DNA of 64,000 nucleotides, from assembly GCF_009914755.1 (NCBI RefSeq), contig NC_060927.1, one strand, 5' to 3'. Positions 31,150 through 50,030 of this stretch are shown here, piece by piece. The notes beneath the pieces are model-generated. The model was not told where the DNA came from. It saw only the letters and a program-made list of their open reading frames with translations, and ran no database searches. This DNA comes from the human T2T-CHM13v2.0 reference genome, Homo sapiens. How positions within the stretch are numbered: the first letter of the stretch is position 1; the number at the start of each line of letters is the position of its first letter. The position numbers and the translations under genes were made by a program.

Positions 31150-32607
31150 GTAAAGGAACAAAAAGAACTAAAATACATACATGGTAGAAAATATGAATAG
31201 CTACTTCAGCCTTTGTTTCTGCCCAACACATTCACATAGCCTTAGTTGATGTGTGACTTATGACATCCTTGTTCTAAAATCTATTCCATATCCCCCTTCT
31301 CTTTAGGGGCACCTCAGCTGAACAGAGTTCTTTACCCAGTGAGCTACCCCAACCTGATTTTTGAAAAATCTAAGTTCTTGGTGGTCCTCCTTGAATGGGA
31401 TTAGTAAAGTCTTCCATTAGTGTATGTTTTTTAAACACTAGACCTAACACTACCAGGTGTTATCTCCCTGTGGTGTAGGTGGAATCGCTCCCAGGCCCTA
31501 TTATAAAATAGCACCTGTCACTGCAGCCTACCTCTAGCCTGTTTGGCATGAAAGTATTGAAGTGGACAGATGGCAGCCTCAGTTTTCAATACAATAAAAC
31601 TATTCTTTTGTCTCCTCTCTTGGGTACTGGCACTTGAAGCCAGCAAAACACAGAGTTGCAGAAATAATGTATCCTAGCTGGAAATAGAATTCAATTCATT
31701 TTATTTAAATGAAGAGACTTTACTGAGGGACCTCTAAGAGATGCAGGCAGGGTTAAAGACACTAACAATGGATGTCGAGGCACCCAGAGGCTAATAAACA
31801 GCAGGAAGCCATTACCATGTCTAGGAGTAGGAGAGGAAATAGTGTGACCTGAGTCTAGTGAGAGCAGAGCTGGGGTGAAATTGCCCAGCGGCAGCTAGAG
31901 CTATGGAAAAAGGTGGCCCTTGACAAAGATGCAATGCTGAAGCAGGGAGGAAATGGAGAGGAAATACCCTGAGCTCTCTCTCTCCTCTGCTCTCTGCTTA
32001 CCTGCTGGTAATGTCATTGGCTGATCCAAAGAGAAGCGAGTCAGCATGGCAGCCCAAGTGAGACAGTCTTCAGAGATATAGCAGAATAGAAAAGTGGAAG
32101 AATGGATGTGGGAGAACATGTATGGAATAACCAATACAAATAGGAAATGAAGCATTTGCAAGTGCTAATGTGTACTAGTGAGAGATACCATCTCACTTCT
32201 ACCTACTGGTTCCCCAGACTGGTGTATTTGGCCTGTGGGAGACCCAGAGCCATACACTAGTTTCTAATTCAAAGCATGGGCTCATTGTATAGGATAGCAG
32301 CCCAACCTCACAAGACGTTTTCTCTCAGTGAATGCTGTTACTGAGTCTTCATTAAATATTCTAACCTTCTGTAAGACCTGTGAATGCCATATTTTTTCAT
32401 CTCATTTCCTCACTTCTTTTATTCTAAAATAAGTTCTTGCTGAGATGCAATGTGGCATGGGGTATTATTATGGTGAAGTAAAGCATTCAGTAAGTCTACT
32501 GGAGATGTTACTGGAAGAAATGTGACAGCCATAGAAGGCAAATTCACATCCAGAGTGGATTATTATTACCTGAGGACGAATCCTTGCTCCCTTCAAGATG
32601 GAAGGGG
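31150..32607 (-). pseudogene. ERV-L internal region: integrase and 3' pol remnant
   Basis: GAAGGCAAATTCACATCCAGAGT..AGGACGAATCCTTGCTCCCTTCAAGATGGAAGGGG resembles antisense HERV-L integrase and continues in register after the L1 at 39337. Confidence 0.75.
31665..32145 (-). mobile_element. ERVL solo LTR (LTR40/41-like) nested in the ERV-L internal region
   Basis: GCAGGGTTAAAGACACTAACAATGGATGTCGAGGCACCCAGAGGCTAA..CAGCAGGAAGCCATTACCA. Confidence 0.6.
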
Positions 32608-33406
32608 AGAAAACCTTTCAACTTTTCGTTCCAAAATGGTGGTGTAGAAGCAAGCTGGCTTTACTCCTCCATATAAAACCAAAAAAACAAATATATAGCA
32701 CCAAGCTTATCACCAATAATATCCCAGAACTCAAATATAAGGATAAGACAGTTTCTGGGGCCAGAGAGAAGTGAAAAAACTCCCAGTAGACCGTAAGAGA
32801 TTTAGTCTTCCATATCTGTGATGCTTCTTACCCTAATCTGCTCAGTACCAAGCACATAAAACATTGCCCCTTCACTCATGGTTTCTACGCTGGAAAAAGT
32901 GACATCAAGGTGGATCCCAGTTTCTCCACTATCTTGGGTTCCCTGGGAGTAGACCTGTCCCTGCCTCAACCCATGAGAAGCATCACCACTGCCTGAAGGG
33001 AGAAATATCCCTGAAATAGCTGGAGATGAAGTAGGGGGACAGGACTACCATCTCCAGCCCTGGAAACCCTTTGTAATGTGGCCAAAGAGGATGCCAAATC
33101 AGACTGACTGTTCAGCAGCACCATGCTGTAGAAGGTTCATTCCACAGGTCCTCTAGGCACAAAACCCTAAGCAGCCTTCCCACACTACGGAGTTATCCCC
33201 ATTTGGGACAGGCATCACTCTGATTGTTTACTAGAACCTAGGCAAATCTAGGCTTAACGTGCCATCTAGTATCAAAAAGGAGGCAGCAACCTAGCAGTAA
33301 AAAAGAAAATCCACAGGTAAATTACAAAGACTCTTTAAGCAAACATATCTGATAAAATCCAAAGCAAGTCAGACAGATAAGACTACAATAAATAACTAAT
33401 CCTTCA

Positions 33407-34359
33407 ACCCAAAGAATAGATATACATCCACAAGAAACAACAGCACACAGCAAACTGTGACCTCCTCAACAGACAAAGCAAGGAACCAGTGACTGATGCT
33501 AACAAGATGGCAATATGCAAATTATCTGACCAAGAATTCAAAATAGACATTTTAAGGAAACTCAGTAATCTCTAAGATAACAGAGAAAAGCAATTCAGAA
33601 ATTTATCATAGAAATTTAACAAAAATATTGAAATAACGAAAGCATCAAATAGAAATCTTGGAACTGAGAAATACATTTGCAAAACTGAGAAATTCATTAG
33701 AGCTCTTGATAGCAGAATGGATCAAGCAGAGGAAAGAATCAGTGAGCTTGAAGACAGGCTATTGGAAAATACCTAGTCAGAGAGCAAAAATGAAAAAAGA
33801 ATGAAAAAGGATGAAGATTGACAGATACAGAAAATGACTCAAAAGACCAAATGTAAAAATTATTGGTGTTCAAGAGGACACTGAGCAAAAGAAAGGGGTA
33901 TAAAGCTTATTCAAAGAAAAAGTTTCCAAAACTTGAAAAAGATAAAAATATCCAGGTACAGGAAGGTCAGAGAACATTAAATAGATTTGACCCAAATAAA
34001 ACTAACCCAAACATATAATATTTAAACTCTCAAAGGTCAAGGACAAAGGGAAGATCCTAAGAGTAGCAATAGAAAGAGGCAAATAACATATAAAGGAACT
34101 CCAATTCACCTGGCAACAGACTTCTCAACAGAAACCATACAGGCCAGCAGGGAGTGGAATGACATTTTCAAAGTCCTGGAAAGAAAAAAACAAACTCTGC
34201 TCTCCAAGAATACTGTATCCAGCAAAGCTATCCTTCAAATATGTAGGAGAGATAACATCTTTCTTAGACAAACAGAAGCTGAGAGAATTCACCACCACCA
34301 GACCTGTCTTACAAGCAATGCTAAAGGAAGTTCTTCAATCTGAAAGGAAAACATACTAA
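33407..34359 (+). pseudogene. L1 ORF1p remnant (disrupted)
   Basis: Track ORF 34159..34359 PRILYPAKLSFKYVGEITSFLDKQKLREFTTTRPVLQAMLKEVL matches the ORF1p C-terminal domain. Confidence 0.88.
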
Positions 34360-34878
34360 TGTACCAAAAGAAAACATTTGAAGGCATAAAGCCCAATAAC
34401 AAAATTAAGTCCATGGAAAAACCCAGAATACTCCAATGCTGTAATTATGGTATACAATTTGCTCATAACTCTACTATGAAGCCCAAAAGACAAATCTATC
34501 TAAGACAATAATACCTATGGCAACCTAAGAGACGGATAGTATAAAAGTATGTAAATTGAGACAACATAGAGTAAAAAAGTGGGATGGAGTTAAAGTGTAG
34601 TTTTTCCCCATTTTTCTTTGTTAATTTATATTCTTTTCTTTATGACCTAAAATAAGTCATTATCCCTCTAAAATAACTTGTTATAAGATTTTTTTGTAAG
34701 CCACAATGCAAAAACCTGTAAAGGATTTACTAAAAATAAAAAGCAATGAATTAGGGAGGAGGAGAGAAAAAAAGAAAAAAAAGCAATGAAACATACTACC
34801 AGAGCAAATCACTTAACCACAAAGGAAGACAGTAAGAAAGGAGGAGAGTTACAAAACAACCAGAAAACAAGCAACAAA

Positions 34879-39002
<4,124 letters not shown>

Positions 39003-40599
39003 AAAGGTGGATCCCATGAAGACAGAGTAGATCCATGGCTACCAGAGGCCAGGAAGAATATGGGGGAGGGGGGAATGAAGAGAGGTTGATTAATGGGCAC
39101 AAATATACAGTTTGGTAGAAGAAATAAGACCTAGTATTTGATAGATCAGTAGGGTGACTATAGCTTACAATAATTTGTATATTTCAAAATAGCTAGAAAA
39201 GAATAATTCAATTTTTTAAACACTCAAATAAATAAAAGACAAATATTTAAGGTGATGGATATCCCAATTACACTGATTTGATCTTCAAAAATTATATGAA
39301 TGTATTAAATTATCACATATACTCTGAAAATATGTAAACAGTCTGCCACCAGGTAATTGCTATTCTCCTGATGTAGGTGCCATAGAGGTGCTCAACAATG
39401 ATCTTTGCTGCTGGCAAACTGGGGAAACAGTTATGGCAGATCAGCATGGTGACGGGAGTCCCTGTTACTGAGCCCATGTATAATCTCTGTATGTGCTACT
39501 ATTGCCATTTTGTTCAAGAGCCCAATGGAATGACAGAGATAATTAACATCCATTGTCAGATTGTCCATCTCATTTTTTAAGGGATACTCCACAGAAGAGT
39601 CCTCTTTCTGAATAGTCACATGGGATACCATATTATCACACACTTTGTACCCATTCTAAGAGACCTATTCACATACCTCTTCCTCAGATTTTCTGATGCC
39701 AATCCTCCAATATTGTTGGATCCAAATTTCTGACCAATTAGCCAAACCATTAGCCATAGCCCATGAATCATAATAGATCCATTCCTCTGGCCATCTTTCC
39801 TTCCAGAAAAAGTAGATAACTCAAAGTTCTTCCCTCTGGCAGTTTTCCCCTTCTTACTGCCTTTTAAAGTCACATCCGAATGAGTTTATATAAAATTACA
39901 GAAAGTGGAAAGCCATCTATAAGCTACACTTGACCATCTATCTCTTCAGTCAGTGGTCACAGGAACTTCCTATGAGGTCAAGGGTGTGGGTTGAAGGACA
40001 GGTGGCCGCTCAACTAGAGAAGTTGCACTGGAGAATGTGAACATTCTACTCATGCAACTCATCAGTGGTTTCAGAGCTGCCCACACCCATCCCATATGTA
40101 CTACTTCCACTTTGCCTGATTTTATGGCTTGGCATATCAGATAATATCCAGTTATTCATAGGAAGTTTAGATCTCATGGCCACTTGGTATCCTTTGATTA
40201 TGCAGTCAGCCTCTACTAAAGCTCAGAAGCAAAACAAGAGTTTTTTTTCTCAAAAAGAAAATAGCTGTTTATGAAGATGACTTGGTTCTTCTTGTAAATT
40301 CTTGAGTGTGCACTGTAATTATCCTATGGGTGCTTACTATATGCCTCACATAGCATCTCAGTCTGCCATACACAGTGTGAACACCAATGAATCTTCTGGG
40401 TTATTATCTCCAAGAGGAAGAGCGTCTTGCACCACAACCTGGTCTAGCTGGAGAGCTGTCTCTTATCCTGGGCCCTATGCAAAGCTGGTAGTCTTTTGAG
40501 TGACTTGGTGAATAAGTTGGAACAACACATTCAATTGTAGCATGTGTTTCCTCCTAAAAACAGAACAGCCAAATGAGCATTGTGCATCCTCACCCCCGG

Positions 40600-40918
40600 T
40601 TTTTTGTTTGTTTGTTTGTTTGTTTTTTGAAACTGGGTCTTGCTCTGTCACCCAGGCTGAAATGTAGTAGTAGCTCAATTCACAGCTCAGTGTAGCCTCG
40701 ATCTCCTGGGCTCAGGTGATCCTCCCATCTCAGCATCCTGGGTAGCTGGAACTATAGGCATGTGCCACCATGCCTGACTAATTTTTTGTATTTTTTTTTT
40801 TAGAGATGGGGTTTCACTATGTTGCCTAGGCTGGTCTTAAACTCCTGGGCTTAAGTGATCTGCCCACCTCAACCTCCCAAAATGCTGGAATTGCAGGTGT
40901 GAGCCACCGCACATGGCT
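40600..40918 (-). mobile_element. AluJ with (TTTG)n tail, inside ERV-L pol
   Basis: GTAGCCTCGATCTCCTGGGCTCAGGTGATCCTCCC. Confidence 0.93.
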
Positions 40919-42769
40919 TATTGTGTCCTTTTCTTGCTATTGGGTACAACTACCTTGTCTTTCATTTTAAAGGAATCATTACGTTATTTCCCAGATTACT
41001 GTATACCCAGAAACTTCACCAAGGTGTCAAGAGTTAGTATCTTCATGGGATTTATTTCTCACCTTCTGGCATCCATGTGTCTTGCCAAGGACTCTAGGAT
41101 GCCTGCTACTGCCTGCTGTTTGGATTCTGTAAGCATGATATCATCAATGTAACATATGATGTCTTGTGGGATGTTGAAATTAACTAGATTCTTGTAGAAC
41201 AAATTTTGGATCAGAGTGAGAGCTGACATAGCCCAAAGTTAAAATGGTGAAGGTATGCTACTATTCCTGTCAAGTGAAAACAAACTGCTTCCAGTTTTTC
41301 TCTGCTTAGTAGAATAAAGAATTTTTTTTACAGATGAATAGCCACAGTTCCAGAGACTATGTTTATTTGCTGAAATAAAGATCTATATTTAAACTAATTA
41401 AATTACAGTTGTGGTCCTCCCTTAATTAAGTTTATGATAATTTGTTTTTATTATCCAAGACCCATCTTTTATCTTCACTGGTTAAAATTGATTAAATGGG
41501 GGAATATGATTGAGCTCAATACTCCTATATCTTCCACATCTTTGAATATCTTAAATATTAATTTTTAATTAATATTAACCAATTTCCTCATGGATGCATG
41601 TTTTTGGTTTACAGTTTTGGAATGGAAGAGAAGCTCCAGGGGCTCCCTCATGGCTCTTTCTACTATAATTGCCTTTAGTCTGAGGTCATAGAGTCAGTGT
41701 TCTACTATACAGTCAGAGTCAAGGTTCTGCTTCTTGTTGAATATATCTAGTCCAGCTATATACTCAGGAACTGAGAAGTGAGGCACTATGTGCTAGGATA
41801 TAAGTGTTTAAGATGTCAGCGGGCTGACTAAGGTGGACTAATTCTTTCTGTCCCAAAAGACCACAGTGGACTGCTGTGTCTCTCAGAAAAGATGTTCAAT
41901 TCTTCTCAAATGATCTGATTATCTTCCTTTCCCTAAAACACAGTTACCCTGATCTGTGGCTACAAGTCATTTTGGGAATTTAGTGATGGTGGGGCTTGAG
42001 GGGAGCTTGAAGAGATTTGGATTTTCCCATAAAAGTAACCTCTCTGGGTGATATCATTACAGGGCCTCCAGCAAGGGAAGAAGAGTCAGCCTTAGTAGAG
42101 GCTGACTGCATGATCAAAGGATTATGGGGCTTGGCAGCTCTCTCACTGAGCTTCCACTGCCATTGGAAGAAGGCAGTTTCTCTCAGGCTATGTGTAAGAT
42201 TTAATGTACATACTTCTGATATTATCATATTATCAAGGGGCCTTGGGTCTTTTAAATAACTCAGATCTGGGAACTGTTCTGGTGCTCAAGCTCTAACTCA
42301 CCAAACTAGAGTTTTATGGTTATAAGGATCAAGTAGGACCATAGGTAGATGCCAATCTACTTTAGTCCTAAGAACCCTGTGCTCAATTAGCTACTCCAAA
42401 AAGCTCTGGGTTAGGGTATTCTGAGTGCCGCCCCAGCTTCCCTGCTGATTGCTGTGACCCTGAAGCATCTTCTGGAAGCTGGGTACCACCTCTTGGCACA
42501 GCCATCTCTGTATCCTTTCACCCCTTCCTCCTGCCCTGCTCCCATGTCAAGGAACCCATTTTAATGCAGTCTCTCCCACTAGCACACCCCACCTGCATGT
42601 GAGAGCTACAATAGCACCTCTCAAAGATTGTTTCTTTCCCTATCAATGTAATTCTCAATATTTTGGCAAAGAGACTGTCTTCAGAGCCCTTTCCAGAGAC
42701 ATAGTTAGGGCAGGGTAAGTGGATCTCATAGAATTAATCTAGTTCTACATTTATCTCATTCCTCTGCAT

Positions 42770-42936
42770 TACCCATTGGATACACATTTTAATCACCTGG
42801 GTAGTTTTGAAAAGATACCAATGCTCAGGCCCTGTCCATGGATATTCTGATTTAATTGTTCTGGGGCTAGACCTTGGCATCAGTATTTTGAAAAGCTTAG
42901 GTGATTCTAATGTGTAGCTAGGTTTGAGACCCACTG
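42770..42936. mobile_element. MER5-family hAT transposon inside ERV-L gag
   Basis: AATCACCTGGG..ATTCTGATTTAATTG..AGGTGATTCTAATGTGTAGCTAGGTTTGAGACCCACTG. Confidence 0.8.
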
Positions 42937-43823
42937 TTTTACATTACATCATGGAATTTCTGAAACTTCATTTTATGTTGGTTTCCACTGGATTCAGGAT
43001 TAAGTCAACTAATCAATTAGAAAGAGTAATTAGAACTGCAACCATCAGCTCAAGATAGCATATTAAACACAGAATCTCTCTGGCCAGAGCATTTCTTCTA
43101 CTGATAAATTCAGCCCTAACTAAATTATGTTCCCTTCTCCTTGGTCTAGAATCTTTAGAATCCATTTTAAACACATTAAACATACATTCTTCTATGCTTC
43201 TTTCTGGCACAAAATTGCAAGTTCTTGCAATTCTTTTAATATAGATGCCCTTTCTTCCCAGGATAGACTTTGTATTTGGCTCCTGTAACTGCTGAGGTCT
43301 GATTTTGCTTATAGGTTGAAAGACAGTGATGGTGGCAGGGGTGAGGCGAACCTGTAGAGATTTGACTTTTCCAAGCTAAGCAACTTCTGTAAGTGTGACA
43401 TTTGAGAGCCTCAAGCAAGGCAGGCAGAGCCTCTTCAAACAGGGAAGGAGGGGATACTGTTCTGACAAAAGCGGATTGGTGGGGGCAAGGTGTCTCTCAT
43501 TAAGCTGTCCAATGCCGCTGGGAACAATTTATCCTCACAGGTCTGGAATTTCTCACACTTATGTATTCAGTGGCAGCACCATTAAATCTCCCTAAGCTTT
43601 GCCTTCAATGAGCACTTCATCCCAGGTGACCCTGGGAAACAGCTGAATTCAGTTTTTGAGACTTATGCCTTGGACAGCTGGGGTTCCATTCCTTAATGCT
43701 AGCTGGAGCTTCAGCCCTGTCCCTTCCACCTGGGTCAAATCACCAACTCCACATTCCTCCCCAAGGTTCTAGATCTGGCAATGACTTCTAGTCCCAATTT
43801 CAGAATTGTCAGGTGTCTGATGT

Positions 43824-44169
43824 TGATATGGTTTGGCTGTGTCCCCACCCAAATCTCATTTTGTAGCTCCCATAATTCCCATGTGTTGTGGGAGGGACCC
43901 AGTGGGAGATAACTGAATCATGGAGGTGGGTCTTTTCCCTGCTGTTCTTGTCATAGTGGATAAGTCTCACAAGATCGGATGATTTTAAAAATGGGAGTTT
44001 CCCTGCACAAGCTCTCTTCTCTTGTCTGCCACCATGTGAGATGTGCCTTTTACCTTCCGCCATGATTGTGAGGCCTCCCCAGCCATGTAGAACTGTAAGT
44101 CCATTAAATCTCTTTTTCTTCCCAGTCTCAGGTATGTCTTTATCAGCAATGTGAGAACAAACTAATACA
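43824..44169 (+). mobile_element. THE1A/B MaLR solo LTR
   Basis: TGATATGGTTTGGCTGTGTCCCCACCCAAATCTCAT...CTAATACA; TSD GATGT/GATGG. Confidence 0.95.
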
Positions 44170-44596
44170 GATGGTGAGAAGCTGAATCTGACTAGGTAGA
44201 AAAGGAATTTATTAAGAACACATTACCACAGCTCACAGAAGTGTTGTGAGGCTAGAGACGCTCAAGGCTAAGCTTCCAGAATCACACTGCAGAACTGAAT
44301 TGATGAGGGTGCTGCCACCTCTGGCTCTAGAGGACCCTCCTCTCCCAGGCTGCTTCTCTCTCAAGAAGTGACTTTGCACACACTGCTGATCCTGAAAGCC
44401 AGATGCCTCTGCCACCACCCTGTGGAAGGTTCTAGATGCAGCCTCCTTTGAGATGCTCATTTCCAAAATCAGATCTCACACAGGCAAGTCTGAGCATTGG
44501 CCTGTAGATCACAGGCCTGTGTCCCAGCAGCAGAGGACACTGGGGAGCTGAGTTTTTTGGGTTCTACCCTGAACAGGTGAAATTCATAAAGCTGGT

Positions 44597-45230
<634 letters not shown>

Positions 45231-45374
45231 GCTGGTTATTTCCCAAAGTTAACAGTGGTGTTGTTAACCATGAAGTTAACCATGAAGCCAGAAGGCACAT
45301 CAAGTGTTTACAGCACACCCCAAATTCACTACTAAAGATGACGACGATGACATGATGATTACTATCACTACTTT

Positions 45375-45578
45375 GGCAACAATTTATTGAGCTCCTACCA
45401 TGCAGCAAAGGCTTATCAAATTAATATCTCATATAATCCTTATGATAACCCTAAAAAGCAGTAATAATTACTTCTATGTCATTATTAAGGAATCTGAGGC
45501 TCAGAAAGGTTAGTTCATGATCACAATGCAAGTGGAGTATAGAAAATGAAATCTACTCTGCCAAATTCAAAAGCCCAT
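45375..45578 (-). mobile_element. MIR
   Basis: ATTTATTGAGCTCCTACCATG..AGGAATCTGAGGCTCAGAAAGGTTA. Confidence 0.75.
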
Positions 45579-45687
45579 CATTCTCTCCTCCACATGCTGC
45601 CTCTCCAATTGTCATATGAAGCCCCTTTGGTAATTTAGCCAATGCTCAATACCTGTACTTAGGGGGAGAGGAAGAAAATCATTTAAA

Positions 45688-45872
45688 GATTCTTAACCTT
45701 CATTGAAGATGTGTGTCACCCAGAGAGATTGTTAAAGCACAGACCCCTGGGCTCCTCCAGCAGAGATTTTGGTCTGCAGGGTCAGAGGAGGGACCTGAGA
45801 TTCTGCATTTTAAACAAATGCCCAGATGCTGCTGATGCTGCTAGTTTGGAGCCAACTGTTGAGTAGCACTGG
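45688..45872. mobile_element. MER5A
   Basis: CCTGAGATTCTGCATTTTAAACAAATGCCCAGATGCTGCTGATGCTGCT..TTGAGTAGCACTG. Confidence 0.8.
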
Positions 45873-47107
45873 GTTAAAGAAACCCCCATGCAATGCGAGC
45901 ATCTCTCCCTCGTGAAATCTTTACCTGCAACATCTATCAATAGCAAACAGGCTGACTAGAGTGGCACCTTTCCTTTCTTGCCTACAGCTGATGGCAAAAT
46001 GATCAGAAGTCAATGGGGTGATCAAGGAAGAAGAGAAGCAAGCAACAAAGGACAGCTTGCTAATCTCTTTGTCAAAGAAGAGATGGCTGTCAAAGAGGAA
46101 AAAAACAGATTTCAGCTTGCGAGCCCTTCTGCAAGCCTACAAGCACCCTAGCCCTTGCTCTGAGGGACCCTTGCTAAACGTACAGTTGACATAGCACCAT
46201 TTTCCCCACTGAGAAGACCCAAGGCAGAAAGTCAACTCTTGGAGGAAAGGAAATGGTCTCAACATAAGTGGGGCTGGTAGCTGTCTCACTCATAAACAGT
46301 AAGAGCCCCTGGAGTTCTGCCCAAGCACACACTAATGATATGTGAGGTGACCCTGTTGCTTTTTCCTGGAGGCTTACTAGAGTAAGGAATTTAAGATGTG
46401 GTCCTGAAAGCTACCAGTGCTGGAATGAGCATTCAGAAAATGGGGTAAGAGTTCCAGTTCAATCACTTAAATTAAAAAGCATCTCTGAGTCTCAGTTTTG
46501 TCACCTGTAAAATGACATAATACAACTCTCTACCTTACAGGGAAAGGCTTCAGTGAGTGACAGCAAATTTTTGTATTGCTTTGCATCTTTCCTTGTCTTG
46601 TTTCCCTTTTTATTTGTTTTTAGCCAAATGTGGTTGTTACTATAATTGGGCATAAATTGCATGGAGGAACAAGGATTTCAATAGTCTGAACTTGATCAAA
46701 TACCTGGGTGAATCCTAGAAAAGCCATCAAGAAGAAGGATTTCTTAGCTTAAGTGCTCTCAAAAGCAAAGCCTGAAACAGAGCTTAAACTACTGGCACTA
46801 GTTGCTTGAGAAGTGCCAAGCCTGGGTAGTGAGAGTGAGGAAGGGGTAAGAAAAGATGCAAAACAGCATACTGCAACATGTTACCACACTGGATACCATG
46901 GCATGGCAAGCCGAGAAGCAGCAGAGTGGATGGCTTAGCAGGCATGTCTGCTCAGCACATTGGACTTTTCCAAAATAATGACCAAAGAGAGCTGCCCTTG
47001 TTACAGTGTAGTCCCTGGAACACAGAAAGGAGTGTGGGTTGATCTGTTTGGTTCAACATCACCTGTTCTTGGGGTCAGCATTCACCTCACAGGGAGCTAC
47101 TTCCTGC

Positions 47108-48006
<899 letters not shown>

Positions 48007-48466
48007 TAGACTTACTCTATTTTTAAGAATTTACTCAGATTATACCAACAAGCTTTTTTCAGTCAATGGGATGAAGGCTTGGAGGAGTATAAACCCGTCC
48101 ATACTCTGGGCCAAACATGCTGGCCTCAGATCCCTGCACACGAAAGCTCAGGACTAGAAAATTGAAAGTATTGCTTAAAGGAAATTTAATGGCCAAGCTC
48201 CCAAATGTCATCCTCATAGTTGTTAGGGACGTAGTGTTTCATATGTATATATACATATATACCCTTTATCTGAATAATGAATGACTCTAAGGGGCTGTGC
48301 CCTATCATGGCTGCTCTGAGTGCACATGTCTCAGTCTTTGGTAGAAGCTTATAATTAAATGGGAAGAGCCTCTGGGTCCTGACTGATATTGGCCATTTGT
48401 ATCACAAAGTCAGAGCACACCAACAGAAATACCCCACACCATGTGTCATAATTTTGCTTTACCATC

Positions 48467-48843
48467 TGTATTACTTTCCTTGGGCTGCCAGAACAAGTTA
48501 CTGGGTGGCTTAAACAACAGAACTTTATTTTCTCACAGTTGTGGAGGCTAAAATTCCCAGATTCCAGTGTTGATCTCTGATGAGGGCTCTCTTCCTGGCT
48601 TGCAGACAGCTGCCTTCTTGCTATATGTCATTACATGACCTTCTCTCAGTGTGGGGTGGGGATAGGAGGCTCTTTAGTGTCTCTTCTGATAAGAACATTA
48701 ATCTGATTGCATTTGGGCCCCACTCTTATGTCCTCATTTAATTTTAATTACTTTCTTAGAGGCCATCTCCAAGCATGGCCACACTAGGGGTTAGAGCTTC
48801 AACATATAAATTTTGAGGGGACACAAACACCCAGTGCAGAACA
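48467..48843 (-). mobile_element. MLT1A-like MaLR solo LTR
   Basis: GGGTGGCTTAAACAACAGAA..GAGGGCTCTCTTCCTGGCTTGCAGA..GGGGACACAAACA; exact TSD CCATC. Confidence 0.9.
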
Positions 48844-49109
48844 CCATCCATAGAAATTAGACAAGATGACTATTAACAGATGAACCAACTGATAGTTATT
48901 CCACAAAGCCCAGCAGCAATGAAAGAATTTCAGACATAGGAAGGGCATATATAAAGCACACATGCCACTGATTTCTCATCCCTTGCCTAAGGCAAACAAT
49001 GCTAATCAATCATAGTATTTCTTCTACTGAGCCAGGACGCAGCCTTACAGTCCTTAACACAGAGCTTCAGGCAGCCACTATTAATTGACTGGGGTTGGCT
49101 TCCACATTG

Positions 49110-49575
49110 GGAATTTTTCAGGTATAAGTGAAAGAAATACAACTTACGCTATCTTAAGCATAGAGGGGACTTTATTGGCTCACATAGCTACAGACTCAAA
49201 TGGTGGGATCAATGCCTAAAATGGTACCATTAAACCTCTTCTCTCTGATGGCAAAAATGGTTAACAGCAGCTGCTGGCTTTATCAGTTGAGCAACTGGTA
49301 AAAAAGTAGTCTTTTTCACAATTATTCGGATAACATTCCTAGGGATGGCTTTTCAATTGGCCTGGCTCAGGTCTGATTGGCCACCTTGGATCATGCACAT
49401 AGCCTGAATCAATTAAGTGGCCAGTGGGATGCAGTATTCCCAATGGCCACATTTGAGCCACTGGCCCGCCGGAATTAGTCCTGCTTGAGCCAACAAGTAA
49501 TCGAGTCGCAGGATGAATTTCCAAAGGAAATGTGAAGATTCCAGAAGGGGTGCAATGGGGCCTGAGCAGCCTAAA
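49110..49575 (-). mobile_element. MLT1K-like LTR
   Basis: TTTATTGGCTCACATAGCT; TCTGATTGGCC..CCTGAATCAAT..GTGGCCAGTGGGATG. Confidence 0.65.
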
Positions 49576-49579
49576 CAAC

Positions 49580-50030
49580 TGTAGGGGAGAAAATACAAGT
49601 TTTTTCCTTCTTTTGAAATGTTCTTAGTTGAGACATTCTCCCCAAAATAAAAGTCAAATTAACAAAAGAAAAACAAACAGAAGTCTATTCAAGTGTGTTA
49701 TATCCATCATATGGGAGAGGCCAAAGTTCAAAAGTATTTTTCTCTTAAGCCAGTGGTTTAGGGACCTTGTTTAAGTAGTATTTTAACAAAGAGCCATACA
49801 TCTTATATAAGGACAAGACAAAGAAGAGAGTATCTGCAGGCAGGAAAATGTGGGAAGGTAAATTGATGGGAAGAGTGAAGTCTGCTCCTAGATTCTCTGG
49901 CACTGCTGTCTCAGCTCTGTTTTGAACTGCTAAAAGCAGAGAGGAGGGGCAGCATGAGCTCCTGTGTTTTGACCTTTTACCTTTAACTAAAATCCCCAGC
50001 ATGTTAAAGAGGAATATTTTGGTTTCCTTC
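49580..50030 (-). mobile_element. MER34-like ERV1 LTR
   Basis: TGTAGGGGAGAAAA..AATTAACAAAAGAAAAACAAACAGAAGTCTATT..ATATTTTGG. Confidence 0.65.

Larger units (their letters stand above)
39337..43810 (-). pseudogene. ERV-L internal region: gag, protease, RT, RNase H, integrase N-terminus (decayed)
   Basis: Minus strand gives YIDDIML (41151-41131), KQFVFT*QE**HTFTILTLGY, PFNQF*PVKIKDGSW; gag-like NLVRAEFI in ORF 43013..43210. Confidence 0.85.

Noticed and set aside
48190-49085. Possible ERV-internal sequence around the MLT1A LTR
   Set aside because: No translatable motif could be confirmed, so it is left uncalled
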